Shown here piece after piece: positions 1-12,740 of a stretch of 64,000 nucleotides of DNA. The notes under the pieces are model-generated. The model did no database searches, was not told the DNA's origin, and saw only the letters and a list, made by a program, of their open reading frames with translations. The translations under genes and the position numbers were made by a program. The stretch is from Lama glama. Taxonomy: Eukaryota. The stretch lies in the NCBI GenBank assembly GCA_028534125.1, contig CM052845.1, positions 22,072,001-22,136,000 of the forward strand, given 5' to 3'. Every line of letters starts with the position of its first letter. Positions within the stretch are counted from its first letter, which is position 1.

Positions 1-939
1 CTTAAGGATGGGCCAACCAAAGTAGGCAAAATTTGTCAACTAGAGACTGAAAGAGAGTCACAAGCCATCTAGAACTTGGGACTTGAAAGGGTACCGAGAG
101 GAAGGTGGGAAATTCCAGAACTGGATTTGCCAAATTTCCTTGTGGATAGGCCTTTCTGATACGTACTTTGAAGAAAAATATTATGAAGTGCTTGTGCCAG
201 CTTTATATTTGCCCTGCAGTCTAAATATGATAGATTTTTTTAAAATGTATTTTAACACTTTCGTTATCAGTTAGGATTTTTGTCCTTTTTTCTGCTAGAG
301 AATGGAATTCAATGTTGTCAGACAAATCACTGCATTTAATTCTCTTCGCTCTTCTCTTATTGTTTAATTATAGTCTCCTCTTTGTCGTCTTCCTCTTTTC
401 TAAGCACATAAATAAGGTTTTGAGAGTGCATTCAGGGTGCAATCAGTCTATGTGGTATAAACCCAAAATACACAGAAGCACTTCAACTCCTGAAAAATAG
501 AGCTGAATTGTAAGTGTTCTTAGAATGAGGTGCATTTTCTTTTGTTTTTTTTTTGTTAGACTTATCGAATTGCTCCTGTTAATATAATGTCTTCATGCAT
601 TATGTAACAGCTGAGAGCAAAGAGGGAAGCTGGAGAGCCTTACATTTCGAGAAGCTGTATCCGTCCCATAAAAGGTGGGAAGCCCTGGGCCCCAAACCTC
701 TGCACGCCACACTGAAATGCACCTGTAGTGCCAGGGTGGTGGAAGGTGCCTCATTTTCCACTGCAACTCATATCAAAGTATTTCAGCAAAGTTAATTAGA
801 TTTTTCAATATTTCTTGAGAGAAGAACAAGGTATTGTGATTTTAAAAATAGATCTGTAAACAGATGTAATAGAGTTTGGGAGATGGAACTTTAATGAAAC
901 AAGAAAGGGAAAAATACATTAAGGAGGAAATTGTAATGA

Positions 940-1045
940 ATCATAGAATGTTAGAATTTAAGCAGTCCTCGGAGATCATCTGTTCCAAGCCCTCATTTTA
1001 GGCTGGACGACCTGAGGTCCACAGACGTTATGTAAGGTCACAGAG
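940..1045 (-). mobile_element. MIR SINE fragment
   Basis: atcatagaatgttagaa...gagatcatct...ccctcatttta...ctgaggtccacagacg...aaggtcacag resembles the reverse-strand MIR core. Confidence 0.65.
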
Positions 1046-1659
1046 CACCATAATGATTCAGATCCCTGCCCTGTGAACTTATCTCTCTGGGAGAATGTTA
1101 GGCACTTGTGAATATTTCATTCATTTTTTTTTTATCCCACTAGGGTCCTCTCGGGTGCTTTGAAGCAGTAATTTCCCTACAGTAATCTTGAGCACAGAGG
1201 CTATCAAACGGTGTAAAAATTAAGTTGGGCCTCAGGAACTGCTCAGAGTGGTCTAGGATCTGGGATAGGCAAGCTTGTAGCACCAGAAATTCAAGTTTCA
1301 AATACCAAGAAATGATCAGGTGCTGGGGAATGGACGGACGCAAAGCTGACTTATGAAGCTTAAATATAAATGTGCTCATGTATGCAAAGTTGGAATCAGT
1401 GGGTGAATGAAGTCTCTAAAACTTGTAATTCTGTGTGCGGAAATTACACTGGTAACCGTGAGAATAAGAGAATTATAACTGTTTTCCTTTCTCAAGGTTA
1501 GGTCCATGCAGAAATGCCAGGTATGTCTAAAGCATCTCTATTAATGTTATAGCTTGACGAGATATCCATGTCTTCTTTGGGGATGTTGAGTTTCAAATAA
1601 ACAGTTTCTAGAAACCACCCTCTTGAGAGCAGTAGGGAAGTTAGCCAGTTCTTGCTCTA

Positions 1660-1800
1660 AGATGGTACAGTGGAAAGCATTCTGATTTAAGGCTCCCAAG
1701 ACATGGGTGTTGGCCTCAGTTGTGTAAGTTATATGACCCTGGGGGAAGATCAAGAGATTGCTCTGAGTTTCAGTTTTCTCACCTCTGAAATGAGGAAGCT
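1660..1800 (+). mobile_element. MIR SINE
   Basis: tggtacagtggaaagc...tatgaccctggg...ctctgagtttcagttttctcacctctgaaatgagg is the typical MIR core. Confidence 0.8.
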
Positions 1801-2329
1801 GATCTTGGTGAGTCACAAAGTTGTTTCCAGTGCTCAGAGTCTCAAACTTCAAGAAACTTCCTTTTGTAGACACCATAAGCCCTTCTCTTCATGCCTCCCT
1901 GCCTCCTGCTGACACTGGTCACTAGTCAGGGTGTTACCATTCATTTACCTTATTTAATGATACACAATTGTTTCTAAATCGGCCATCTTGGTCAAGATCT
2001 TCTTGAGGGCAGAACCCGAGGCACAGATGGAAATGCTGACACCGAATGGGGAGGTCCAAGGCTAGGGGTGAAGGAGAGGAAGATGGCAGGGAGGATGGGA
2101 AGCATGCAGGGAGATGGAAAGTATGTCTACACTGGCCGTGGTCCTGTGCATTGTTGCCAATGGACTGCAGGGTGTGGACCAGGCCTGCTTGCTGAACACG
2201 TGCGAGGGATTTCCAGGAAGGTGTTCAGGGAGTCCCCACACCTTGGAGTGGTCCCTGGAGGAAAGAAAGGGCTGGGGAGACTGATCTGTGAATTGAGTTT
2301 TTGGTTGAGTTTCACTCCAACGAGGAGCT

Positions 2330-2760
2330 GACGCCCGGGCACTATTGGACTGTGTGATGCCCCCCCCCCCGGAGGGAGCCAGAAGTCAGGCTCGCTGCCA
2401 TCCACGACCTAAGCCAAGGGCGCCTTGGGACAGGCAGACCCCACGTGTGTCAAAGTGCAGGACCAGCAAGCGGAGTGGGTGGTCGCGGCGGTCTGTGATC
2501 CAGGAGGGATCGGGGGGAAGGGAGCAAAGGCAGGTTACCTAAGACGTCAAGCAGGGTGTGCGTCCCCCTGGTCCGCTGCTCGCGGCGCCTTCCCTCGGGC
2601 GCGTGTGCTGTGACGCGGGCCTGCCTTCTTTCTTTCCTGTGGGAATGAATGCGCTCTCACGCCTCACCGAACAGGGGCGGGGGTGACAGGGCCCGTCAGG
2701 GCTGAAGGATGCGGGACCCAAACCGCAGTCCCCCTGCTGTCGTTGGCCTGCGGGCATAAC
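2330..2760. promoter_or_regulatory. CpG-rich patch (weak CpG island)
   Basis: Locally high GC and CpG density (ggtcgcggcgg, ctcgcggcgcc, gggcgcgtg, gtgacgcggg) and a GC box ggggcgggg near 2674. Confidence 0.45.
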
Positions 2761-3569
2761 TGAAATTCATCTTCTGTCTCCTTTGCTCACCATTTGAGGT
2801 CTTCCTTACTCTCGCTTGGGCCCACCTGGATGCAGTGCCCGGTGGGGTGACCCAGACCTTGAACCTGAGGGTCTAGCGTCTCTCCCTGTGTTGGGCTGCA
2901 GCTGGGATGTTTTGCCCGCAGACAGTCCCTGGAATGCTGAGAGGCTCCCCGCAGGGGTGCAGCCCTCTGCCTCCCTGTCTGCCTCCTGGGGCTGCAGCAG
3001 CCTTACCTCCTCTGGGGAGCCGGCATCAGTGGGTCTGCGGGCAGGGCCGTTCCCTGGAGTGTGGGAGTGTGAATGTGTACAAGGGAAGAACACACACACA
3101 CACGCACACACAGCTCAGAACCGTCCACAGACAAGAGAAAGGAGGCCCCTCCACGCACTTGGACTTGGTTTCTTTTTGTCTCCCCTCTCCCATTGGCCAT
3201 GTTCCCCCAAGGCGGCCAGTTTCTCCACAACTCTTCTGTCGTATCTTCTGATGCCAAGAGGGTCCCTGAGGATGCCGCACACCGCCCCGTGGTGGGACCC
3301 TTCATCTACGCCCGGAAGTGCAGGGTCGCATGTGGGGTGGGAGGCTCCTGAGGTCCGGGGATCAAGCAGACTGTCACGCATTTGGGAAATTTGGGCTTGG
3401 ATTAAGGCAAGATGTGACAGAGGAGAGGGTACAGTTCCAGACCTGGGCGGAGTTTTCAGAAACAAGGAAGACTTGGAGAAAATCTGAAAACGCACGTGGC
3501 CTTTGTGCCTAAACAGCTGGAGCCCTGGAGATGTGCTGTGCAGCGTGGAGCTCAGAGTTAACAACCCGA

Positions 3570-3800
3570 TGGCACACGCAGAAGTGCACTAGGAGGGTAG
3601 ATCTTAAGTGTTCTTATCACCAACGTAATTATAAATGAAGAGGTAGGAGGGAACGTTTGGAGGTGACGGCTGTGTCTGTGGTGTAGATTGTGGTGATGGC
3701 TTCAGAACGTGCAGTATCTCCAAACTCATCAAGTTACATACATTAAATGTGTGTGTGTGTGTTTTCATGTTTATCATACCTCAGTAAAATGGTTTATTAA
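3570..3800 (+). mobile_element. L1M (L1MA-like) 3' end fragment
   Basis: agggtagatcttaagtgttcttatcacc...ttgtggtgatggcttca...caaactcatcaagttacatacattaaat...catacctcagtaaa matches L1MA/MB 3' UTR ends. Confidence 0.8.
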
Positions 3801-5064
3801 TAATAATAATGATTATTACTGGTATTTGCCCTCAGTGAATTGCTTTGTAGTGTCTGGGGAACCGGAATCTGGAATCTCATCACAGGTCATGGAGCTAAGT
3901 TTGTTTTAACCTGGAGACAGTTAACCCGTGTTGCTCTGGTTAGTTCTGTCAGGAAAGGTGGCTGTTCGGCTGCCTCAGTTTGAAGTTTCCTTTCTCACTA
4001 GTTCATTCTTTTCCTGAAAGGGTCATAACAGGTACAGACCACTAGAGTCAAGGTGTGAAAACGAGGATGCAGACTTGCCCGTGAGGCTGCAGAGTCGGCA
4101 CCCTCCACGGTGGCTTGGTTACTCGTTGTAAAGATGGAGGAACTGAAAACCCCTGGGTGTTTCCAGACTCGGTCATCTCGCACCCGTGTGTTTGTATTTC
4201 TCTCCTTGCCGCTGTGTGCCCGGAATGCTCCTCGCTCTTGGGACTTTGGCATTTTGGCTTGAGGTGGAAGTCTGCAGATGGACTGAAACAAATGCTTGGT
4301 TCTCTTAGGAGATTAGCACACAAAGAGATCTTAAGCCAAACCCTTCATTTGAGAGATGAGGGTACGGAGGGCCATACATTTTTTTAATGATCTCAAACAT
4401 ATTAGTGCTTCTCTTAGGAAATCCTTCTCTTTCTTATTGTTTAGGGAGAAAATATGCCAGCAACTGTGAGTGGCAGAGACTCAGCTAGCGGTGTGGGGGA
4501 AAAATAATACAAAAAGAGGGTAATTCTGTCTTTAAATATGAAAATTACCTTGTACCAAAGCATCTCCCTGAATATTAATTCCAAGATGACGAGGGCGTGA
4601 AGTCTGAGGATTTTAGGAGTAGGATCAAAGCCTTTGGCCGTCCACACAGCATGCAGTCAGGTCAGAGGAGCAGTGAGCTCTCCACCCCCAGATCCTCCCA
4701 AGTCGCCTTCCTCGTGGTAATTGGCTCAGTGCTGAGCTGGATGATTTTCAAGAAGACAGAATCAGACAGTGCCATTCTGTCTCCCCAGAAATAGCTCTGC
4801 ATTTACTCTGGCTGAAGATTCACCTCGGCCAGTGGGCTTTGCCAATATCAATATTGATTAAAAAAGAAGAAAATTATTCACAAACTCTGCAGTTCTAGAA
4901 AATGACAGAGCGATATGTTCTGAGAAATGGATTTTGAGGGCTCTTACTTGTGTGTTTGGGGTGTGTGTGTGTGTGAAATAGGACATGAACGCCATGTATC
5001 TAGAGACAGAAGGAGAGAGTGAGCCATGGTGAACGTGGGGTGCTAACGGCAGTGTCGTCAATTA

Positions 5065-5165
5065 GCAGAATCTTAAGATTGAAAGCGATCTCAGAAGTCA
5101 CCTAGATGCATCTCCTCATTTTAATGACAATCAAAGTGAGGCTCAGAGAAGTGGCTTGATAATTA
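5065..5165 (-). mobile_element. MIR fragment
   Basis: ctcctcattttaatgacaatcaaagtgaggctcagagaagt. Confidence 0.6.
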
Positions 5166-6076
5166 GGAACAGACACACAGTGACCATTTAATTTGCAAGT
5201 CCTGAACCCTTCTGCTTTAACTTTTGCTAGCGTGTGAAGAAATAGTCGCTTATAAAGGAATAACAAATTAATTAGCAAAGAGAAAGTCTCAGTCCAATCA
5301 AGAAATATAGGCGTTTATTCTCTGCCTGTTTTATAACCTCCGTATCTGGCTCCTTCTGTTGCATTATTTAAATTGCAGACGCTGTCTACCTAAGAGGTGG
5401 TATATTGAATTCCCTGGCATGTGTCTCAAGAGATTGAGTCCCTGTGACTGTTGATTCCTTAGTGCAATGAGGTTTTCTGGAAAGAGATGGAGAGAGAATT
5501 TAATTGAAGACGTAACTTTCATTTCAGTCCTTCTTTTCAGATGCCCGTGTTGTCTTCCAGCGCAGCCGTGCTATCCTGTGGACTGAAAGGGAAAAGTCCA
5601 TTATCGGAGCTCACCAACTTTATACACAGCGCAGTACAGGTTGATGGCAAGGTTCAGCGATCACAAAATATAAAGGACCCAAGCAATACACCCTGGAGAA
5701 TTATATTACTTGAAACTGTAACCATTAGGAAGAAAAGTGCACAGATAACCACGAAGTGGTGGGGAGGAGAATGCACCACGGGGAGAGGCTGTGTAGCCGA
5801 GACTCCTGTCTCTCCGTGGGGATGGGCTGCTGTTGGAAGCCCAGTCCTTCCACACTGTGAAGTCCTTCTGTTGGTGCCCCAGATTATTATCATTGTATAT
5901 ATGACACATATGTAATAGTAATAAATAGTAATATGATAATAGTCCATTATATATTACATAGTATTATCTTTATTGTAAACATTGATTGGTATAGATTTCC
6001 ATTCAGCCTCTGCAAAATCCACCTCTGCTTTGTAGCCAGATACATCTTTTAAAAAGTACTTTTAGATACATTGTTT

Positions 6077-6113
<37 letters not shown>
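6077..6113. repeat. (TA)n(CA)n compound microsatellite
   Basis: Directly visible. Confidence 0.95.
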
Positions 6114-7044
6114 CTCATACATAGATACACATGTGTAGTTACATAGAGACACACACACATGAATTTAAAATAGATTATTCATTTCCTTGGGTGGTTTTGA
6201 AAAGTGGTTGCCAAGATAAGCTATTCCTGAACATGTGTTAATGTTCTTTGCAGTTTTCCCCGCCCCCGTTCTTACCCCTCACTCTCTCTTTTTGGGCTGG
6301 GGGGAGCATCACTAGCTCACACGAGCGTCAGTGTTCTCAGATTCTGAAAGAACCCTAGAAATCCGTCCACAGGGATGAAGGCTTATTTGAACAATAGCTT
6401 TTATTTAAAAGTCGTCACTGCTAGTGTTGTTAGTGTTTGTTCCTGTGATGTTTGCACTTTAAGAGACCGTCGGTCGAGGGTGTAAGCAAATAAAGCTTAT
6501 AAAGAGCAATTAAGTGTCAAAAGTATTTGCTCTCCAGAGTCTTACGGTCTAACTGCCTGGCTCTCAGCTTCAAGTCCCTGTTGGGCCAGTCCTCTTCTGG
6601 TTTTGTTCACAGAGGACTTGTCAGCATCTTGTGGTCAATCAAATAGTCTGAACGGCAGGGGGACGTTCGGCAAGTCGGGGGGACGGGGGGCGGGGGCGGA
6701 GCGCCAGCGCAGCCAGGAATTTGACAAGGGCCCCCAGGCACTTCCCTCCAGGTTACTTGAAACGTCCTGTTGTCCGCTCAGCCAGTCACGGACCTCACTG
6801 AAAATGCTCCCATCTAGAGGCTGTCCCACCGGTATTTAAAGCCACCTGTGCGAGAGGAACCACTACTCATCAGAAGAACATGTCCTATTTTAGAAAAACA
6901 TTATTTGAAAAATTGTACTTGTATTGAGCTAAAACCTCTTAATAGCATCCAATCGTACATTTTTAAAAATTCCATTGAAAAATTAAAATATACCAGGCAC
7001 TACTCTTGGCTAGGTGCTTTCCCAGACTTAGTCCTTAACGGGGA

Positions 7045-7190
7045 CTCTGATCCCCATTTTACAGATGGAGAACTGAGCCAGAGAGAGCTTAGAAACTCTG
7101 CCCAGCATTACCGCAGTTGGTGGATGACAGCCCCGTCCAGATTCAGGTGGTCGGACTCCGGAACCCGTGCTTTTAAGCACTGCGCTCTCC
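7045..7190 (-). mobile_element. MIR SINE
   Basis: tccccattttacagatggagaactgagccagagagagcttagaaactctgcccag...ggactccggaacccgtgcttttaagcactg. Confidence 0.85.
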
Positions 7191-7489
7191 TGCTTCTGTT
7201 ATGCTTCGGGTGCTTCAAAGAGAGAACTAATAAAAGGCCTTTTCCTGACACTCGCGGTCTGCTAGGAAATTAAAGCCGGTGACGGCAGGTCACCAGCATG
7301 CGTCCCCAAACCAGAAGTTCACCACAGATGAACAAGGCAGAGGTTCTGAAGGTAGGAAAGAAGTGTCAGACACGAGTCAGCCCTTGGTGTCCTGATTCAG
7401 TAGTGCTGAATGAAATGCTTGGATCCACTTGCTTTTGCACCTGTGAGTCAGGGATTCCTGGTGGGCTTAAAACCAATGCAGGTTATTAA

Positions 7490-7775
7490 ACCTTCTACCC
7501 TGGAAATAAACGCTCATGCTGGAGACCCTGGCCAGAGGCAGGAATCTGCATGTTTTTGAAAAAAGGTCCCTGGGTGAATCAAATGGACTCTGGTTTGGAA
7601 ACCATTGGATTTCCTAGCTTAGCCTTTCTCAAGTTGGGTTTCCCGGGAAGCAGTGCCACCTCACCGGGCGAAGTGCACACTCAGGCCCCCGCCTGGACTT
7701 ACAGAATGTGGAAATGTACGTTTTATCAGGCCATGCACGTGACTCCAATGGCTGTCAAAGTTTGAGGGCACTGCC
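7490..7775. mobile_element. Two adjacent MER5-type (hAT-Charlie) MITE remnants
   Basis: gaatctgcatgttt...ggtccctgggtgaatc...ggtttggaaaccattg, then cctttctcaagttg...caaagtttgagggcactg, resembling MER5A ends. Confidence 0.6.
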
Positions 7776-7840
7776 CCAGCTTAACTTTAATTCAGATCCT
7801 CAGCAAACACACAGCGTTGGTCTAGACACCTCCCCAGAGA

Positions 7841-7850
7841 CTGACGTCAG
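7841..7850. promoter_or_regulatory. Perfect palindromic CRE (cTGACGTCAg)
   Basis: Exact CREB/ATF consensus with its CpG retained, ~1.3 kb left of CpG island 1; function not shown. Confidence 0.35.
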
Positions 7851-8080
7851 CGCTCACACAGCGGTCGACATAGTTTTGTATCACAGCTCCTTCTGACGGT
7901 CTTTTTTAATCATGCTTCAGTATTTGTTCCCTCTTTACAAAAAGGAAACCAGGTTGCATATCATATTTCTCCAGGGTAACAGTTAAAAAAATAGAAAACC
8001 CACTTTCATAGAGGATGAAAAAAATCAGTATTTGTTTCTGAATCAGCCTGCAATTATTCAGTCCTTATGGACAGACGTGA

Positions 8081-8090
8081 CACTTCCGGT
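8081..8090 (-). promoter_or_regulatory. ETS/GABPA motif (ACCGGAAGTG)
   Basis: cacttccggt on + strand, exact consensus; function not shown. Confidence 0.35.
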
Positions 8091-8886
8091 AAAAATTATT
8101 TTTGTATTTATCATTCAACTTAAATGACACTTGAGGTCGCAGACACTCTTTGTCACCTTTCTCTAAGCCAAGGTGTCAAAAATCCTTCACAAATACTAAT
8201 TCGTCTCTTTACCGTTCTGGGAAAGTCAGGGTCACGAATGTTGCCTTCAGTGTGTGTGAGGCAAAGTGGAGCCACATGCACAGTTGTCACCTGATTCACT
8301 GCCCAACAGCTCGGTCATGTGCTCTCTCCATTTTTAGCTACCTGTGTAGTAACAGCATTGGACTTTCAGTTGCCAGTTTCTTATATTTGTGGAAGCATCC
8401 GTTTGTAATTAACCTTTGGACACGTTTTAAGTATGTCATTCTGGCTTATGGCCCATAACAGGCTGTATCTAAGAATAAAACATTATTTTGTGCAATACTT
8501 TAAAACAAATGAAGTAACTAGCTTAAAAAAGACTTACCAATTGTCTGTGACCCTTTTATCATTTATGGTATAATCAGAATGTGCTCTTTTAAACAAACTA
8601 AGCTCCCTCCAACCATCCGACCCCAAATTAGAGGTGCCAGTATGCTAATTGTCACAAATTTGAAGTGCTTTTTCCTAAACTTCTTATCTTCTTTTTCGTA
8701 GTATTAACAGAGTGCACATCTGCTGAAAAAATTGCACATGTGGATAAATCTACACACCATTGCACGTCCCCAGCAAGATATATAAATAAATCGATAGATA
8801 AATAATAGAAAGATAGATGATTGAAAGACTGACAGACAGATGGTGGATTCAGCTAAGCTTACCATTTCTCAGTGTTTATTGGGCAT

Positions 8887-8889
<3 letters not shown>

Positions 8890-8941
<52 letters not shown>
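8890..8941. repeat. (GT)26 microsatellite
   Basis: Uninterrupted 52-bp GT tract. Confidence 0.97.
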
Positions 8942-8943
<2 letters not shown>

Positions 8944-9109
8944 TATTTCAGGTCAACCACTAATGAGGTATGCCTTGTTGGACCCTAATATGAAGTCAGT
9001 TCAAGTCGAGGTGGTTAAATTAATTTACTTGGGCTTAAATCACTCCACCAATAGGCCACGTTTCTCTGGTTTCTCTGTGCTTGGCAAATAGTGTCCCAGA
9101 TTGTGTCAA

Positions 9110-9730
9110 ACCCCTCCCGTCCTTTTCGGTGTCCCCCTGGTCGCGGTTCCCCAGCAGCAGCCTGACCACAGGCGCTCCTCTCGGCGCCGATGCGCGCGGG
9201 CTGCCTGCGTCCCCACCCGCGCGCCGTCGGCGGGCTGAGCGCCGAGCGCCCAAGGAGACGGAGAGCCCGCGCACGTCAGACGCCAGACCCACACGCGAGT
9301 CGCTCTTCCTAGGCCCCTCCTTCCGCGCTGGGCACTGCGTCGGTGTCGCGGACGCCCCCTCACCGCGCGTCGTTCGGGGCGAGGAGGGCGGGCGCCGCCG
9401 CCTCCACGTGCGCGTCCCGCGACCGCGGGCCCCTCACGGCTTGCGTGGCGCGAGGCTCGCGCGGGCTTGGGCAGGCCGAGCTGCTGCGTACTGCGTTCTT
9501 GAAGGAGGGTCCAGGAAGGGGTCGCGAACGTAGCTGTGGTGATTGTTGCGCAAAGGCGGCCGGGACGCGGGTGACGCGGGTGACGCGGGCGCGCGGGGAG
9601 GCCCGCCGTGCGGGGCCCTTGCAGGCGCTCAGCTCAGCGCCTCGTGCGCGGTGCCCGCGCCGCCGTAAAGCGCCCTGGGGGCTGTTCTGCCTCCCTAGAG
9701 ACTGCGTGTCTCTTCTAGGATGCGGGTTAT
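9110..9730. promoter_or_regulatory. CpG island 1, probable promoter
   Basis: Very high GC and CpG over ~600 bp; CCAAT near 9048, CACGTCA near 9272, E-box CACGTG near 9405, C/EBP palindrome TTGCGCAA at 9546-9553, tandem TGACG half-sites. Confidence 0.85.
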
Positions 9731-12594
9731 TTTAAGTTGCTTCCTGGGAAAGTGGTGTTAGACGTACAGTGATTCTGCGGGGCGGCTTTTGGCAGGGTTG
9801 GGGCAGCAGACAGAGGCAACCACGGATGCCCTGGTCCCCGAACCGTTTGAATTTCCCCAAAAAGGGGGAGTGGGCGTCCTTCATTTCCACGTATGGAAAT
9901 TTCCTCTGTTTCGTAAATGATTTGGAAACTGCGCTTTCCGAACCACGCTGGACTAGAAGAGCTCAGCTCCGCCGACTCTGGTGGTTGTAACTGCTGAGGT
10001 CGGGAAGGGGAGCCTAGGCTCGCGGCAAAGCAGGGGGATCGGCCGTCCTGCGTCTTCTTTCTGGCACCGCAGGAAGTTCCATTGTAACGACTGACAAGTC
10101 CGTCTCCAGCAGCTCAGGCTGTGGGGAAAGAGAAGCGACTGCCGGGCTGGGCCTTGACAGGAAGACAGCTACCCCCGGTGGCCGGGAAGGCTGGGGAGGC
10201 GAGAGCCTCTTTGTGGCTTCAGATGCAGCCCATCTGAATTTCAAAACGCCAACATTTTAAGGCAGTCCGAGAGGAGGGGTAAAGTCTGACTGTCGTGAGC
10301 AAGGAGGGAAGGGTTCTCAGGGCATCCAGCCTCCTGCCTCGGGCCTCTCCCCGTGAGGTCCCTGCCTGCACCTGCCTTCCTTGCAGATGTGGCCGGGTGT
10401 CACCCACAGCGATTTCCAACACTCTGCACTCCCAGCCAGAGCGGTGGAAATGGAGCTGTCAGCACCGAAAATGCAGATACCTCCGCAGAAATTAAGTAAC
10501 AGCGCAGGCGGAGTGCGCTGCGCTCTACAGGTCCCTCGTGGGTAACATGACTCAGACCATCTTCTCTTTTCACGGGGCTGCAGACTCATCCTGAAGAACA
10601 ATTGCGTGCGTATGGAGGACCCGGTGGGGCTGACCCAGGAGCGGGAGCTGCGGCAGACGTGGGCTTTACAGTCCTGCTGCTTTCTGGTTCCCCCGTGTTG
10701 GCAGTGCGTGGAACTTAGCCTTTTTTCTCTCCCCTTCCCAAGGGAAGTGCCTGAGGGGCTCATTATTTCTGACGTGGAAGCTCCATCAGGCTCATCGTTT
10801 GCTCTTATTGGTGGATTTCAGTGGGTCCGAGGCCATCCCATCGCACCCGATGCGAAGTGGGTGGGTGGGCGCTTTCTGCCGCGTTCCTGGTGAGAGGCTG
10901 TCCGGAAGCTGCTGCTCACCCTCCCTGATCAGGACCGCCTCTGCCACCGCATTCCTGAGCCCTGCGACGCGCCCTCGTCTTCCCGAGGGCTTTTAGCCTG
11001 TTTTCTCACTGGGTCTCGTCGACCCCAAGGAGGTAGGTGGCAGGTGACTTGCTCACGAAGCAGCCCTGGAACTGAAGTTTAGAGTCTCAGTAACTTGTTC
11101 AAAACCATCCAGCTGGTGAGGAAACCTCAATGAGCCTTAGAAGCCTTGTACATTCTGCTCTAAGAACAAATTTGTTCAGTTTTTGTCCAAAATTTTATTA
11201 AACTGTGAGACACACGTTCCCTCAGTCAGTCCTACCCCCACTCCAGGTCATCGCCATTTTCCTTTTTTGTTTATTTCCTTGATGTTTGTCTTTCTGGCTG
11301 TTCTCTCTAAATCAGAGATCAGACATCTGTGTGGCATCAAAGGCCTTTTGTCCTCCCCCCTTCCCCACCCCAGGAACTTTCTGCGGTGGAGTGTCTCCTA
11401 GTCTGGCCAGCGGGGCTCATCACGAACTACTGATGTTTCTGTTTTAAATTTTAAATCATACGTCACTATCCATCTGTGTAGCCACATCACGTTGAAGTCA
11501 GTCTGGTACAAAGTTTGGTCTGTCCTGGAGAACCCCAGATTCACTGCCTATAAGAGTTTTTGAAATAATGCAAATAAATCAAAGACCCACGTCACAGAGT
11601 CTGAGGTTCCCAAGGGGTTTGGAAGCACCACCTTGTAAATTTCGTTCTCTCTTTTGCTCGGCTGTCACTGGCTCTTCGTGACGTTGAGGAGGCCTTTCCC
11701 CAGAGATGCGTCTTCTCCCTCACTGCCCTGTCCTGCCTCGTTGAGATTTGTCGTGCCCCCGCGTCCCTCCTTCAGTCCATCACTTCACCCCTCTCTTCCA
11801 CCCTCCTGTGCGGGCCGTCTGCCCTCCAACAGCACCAGGATAGTGTGAAATGGAAGGTTAATTATTTAAGGAACATTTAACACCGTGAACGTGCAGTTCA
11901 CGTCTAGTGCACATTGAATGCTTATCCTTTGACTTCACCAGTTTCTACCGACATCAGCATCCTTTCCCTTACGCTGCCAACCTAGGAAAGAGCTTTCTTA
12001 AAACCTGTTTGTTTTTCAGTGCCTGTGAGAGGCCCTGCTTGGCATCCCATGTGGCAGAGAGAATGGCCAGCTCATCTGCCTGGTGTTACCCACGAGGACA
12101 GAGATCGGGCTGTGTTTACCTCTGTGTTCTCAGTCTATCATGGCTTTGTGTGCTCAGTAAGAATCACTGGACTGAATCCTGACCAAAGCATTACTTTCCT
12201 CATGCATATTTGAATTTTAATGGAAACTTGAAAAGAAAGGGAGAAGGAAGAAGTAGGGGGAGGGGGAAAGAGGTAAAGGAGAGAAAAGGACGTTAGCTTA
12301 AGGAATCGCACACGATGGATTCGGTGGATTAATGGGAGAATTTTATGGAGGCACTTACCTTTGTAAAACGTCTATATTAATATCTCTGGGTTTGCTGTGA
12401 TTGCTCAAGACCTAAATTCTATCTCTTTTAAACCTAAATTGATGAAATCTCATGAATGTTCAGCAGTACCTCATAGTAAGATGAAATCTCTTGTATCGCG
12501 GGGAAGGAGGACGTGGCATCTCAGAAACCTCAGGGGCCACTGTAACCTCAGTGAGGTGTGTGAAGAGCGCTAACGGATTTAGTGCATCCCATAA

Positions 12595-12740
12595 TTTACG
12601 CTTTGAGAGAGTCAGTACCATCAGATGTTTTCAAAACAGAGTTCAAATATTAGCTCCAGTTCAACTTTTGTACAGAATCCTGGGAAAGTCAGACAACAGC
12701 TCTGTTTCAATTCTATAATTAGCAAGTTAGAATGATGCAG
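12595..12740 (+). mobile_element. MIR fragment
   Basis: gctttgagagagtcag...cagagttcaaatattagctcc...ctgggaaagtcagacaac. Confidence 0.55.

Noticed and set aside
2816-3487. 223-aa ORF
   Set aside because: Non-ATG start, runs through a CA repeat, long ORFs overlap in several frames as expected in GC-rich DNA, no recognisable domain
9047-9060. ER-stress element (CCAAT...CCACG)
   Set aside because: Spacing is 3 nt, not the 9 nt of a canonical ERSE
9035-9735. Arg/Ala/Gly-rich ORFs in CpG island 1
   Set aside because: Stop-codon scarcity in GC-rich sequence; no family similarity
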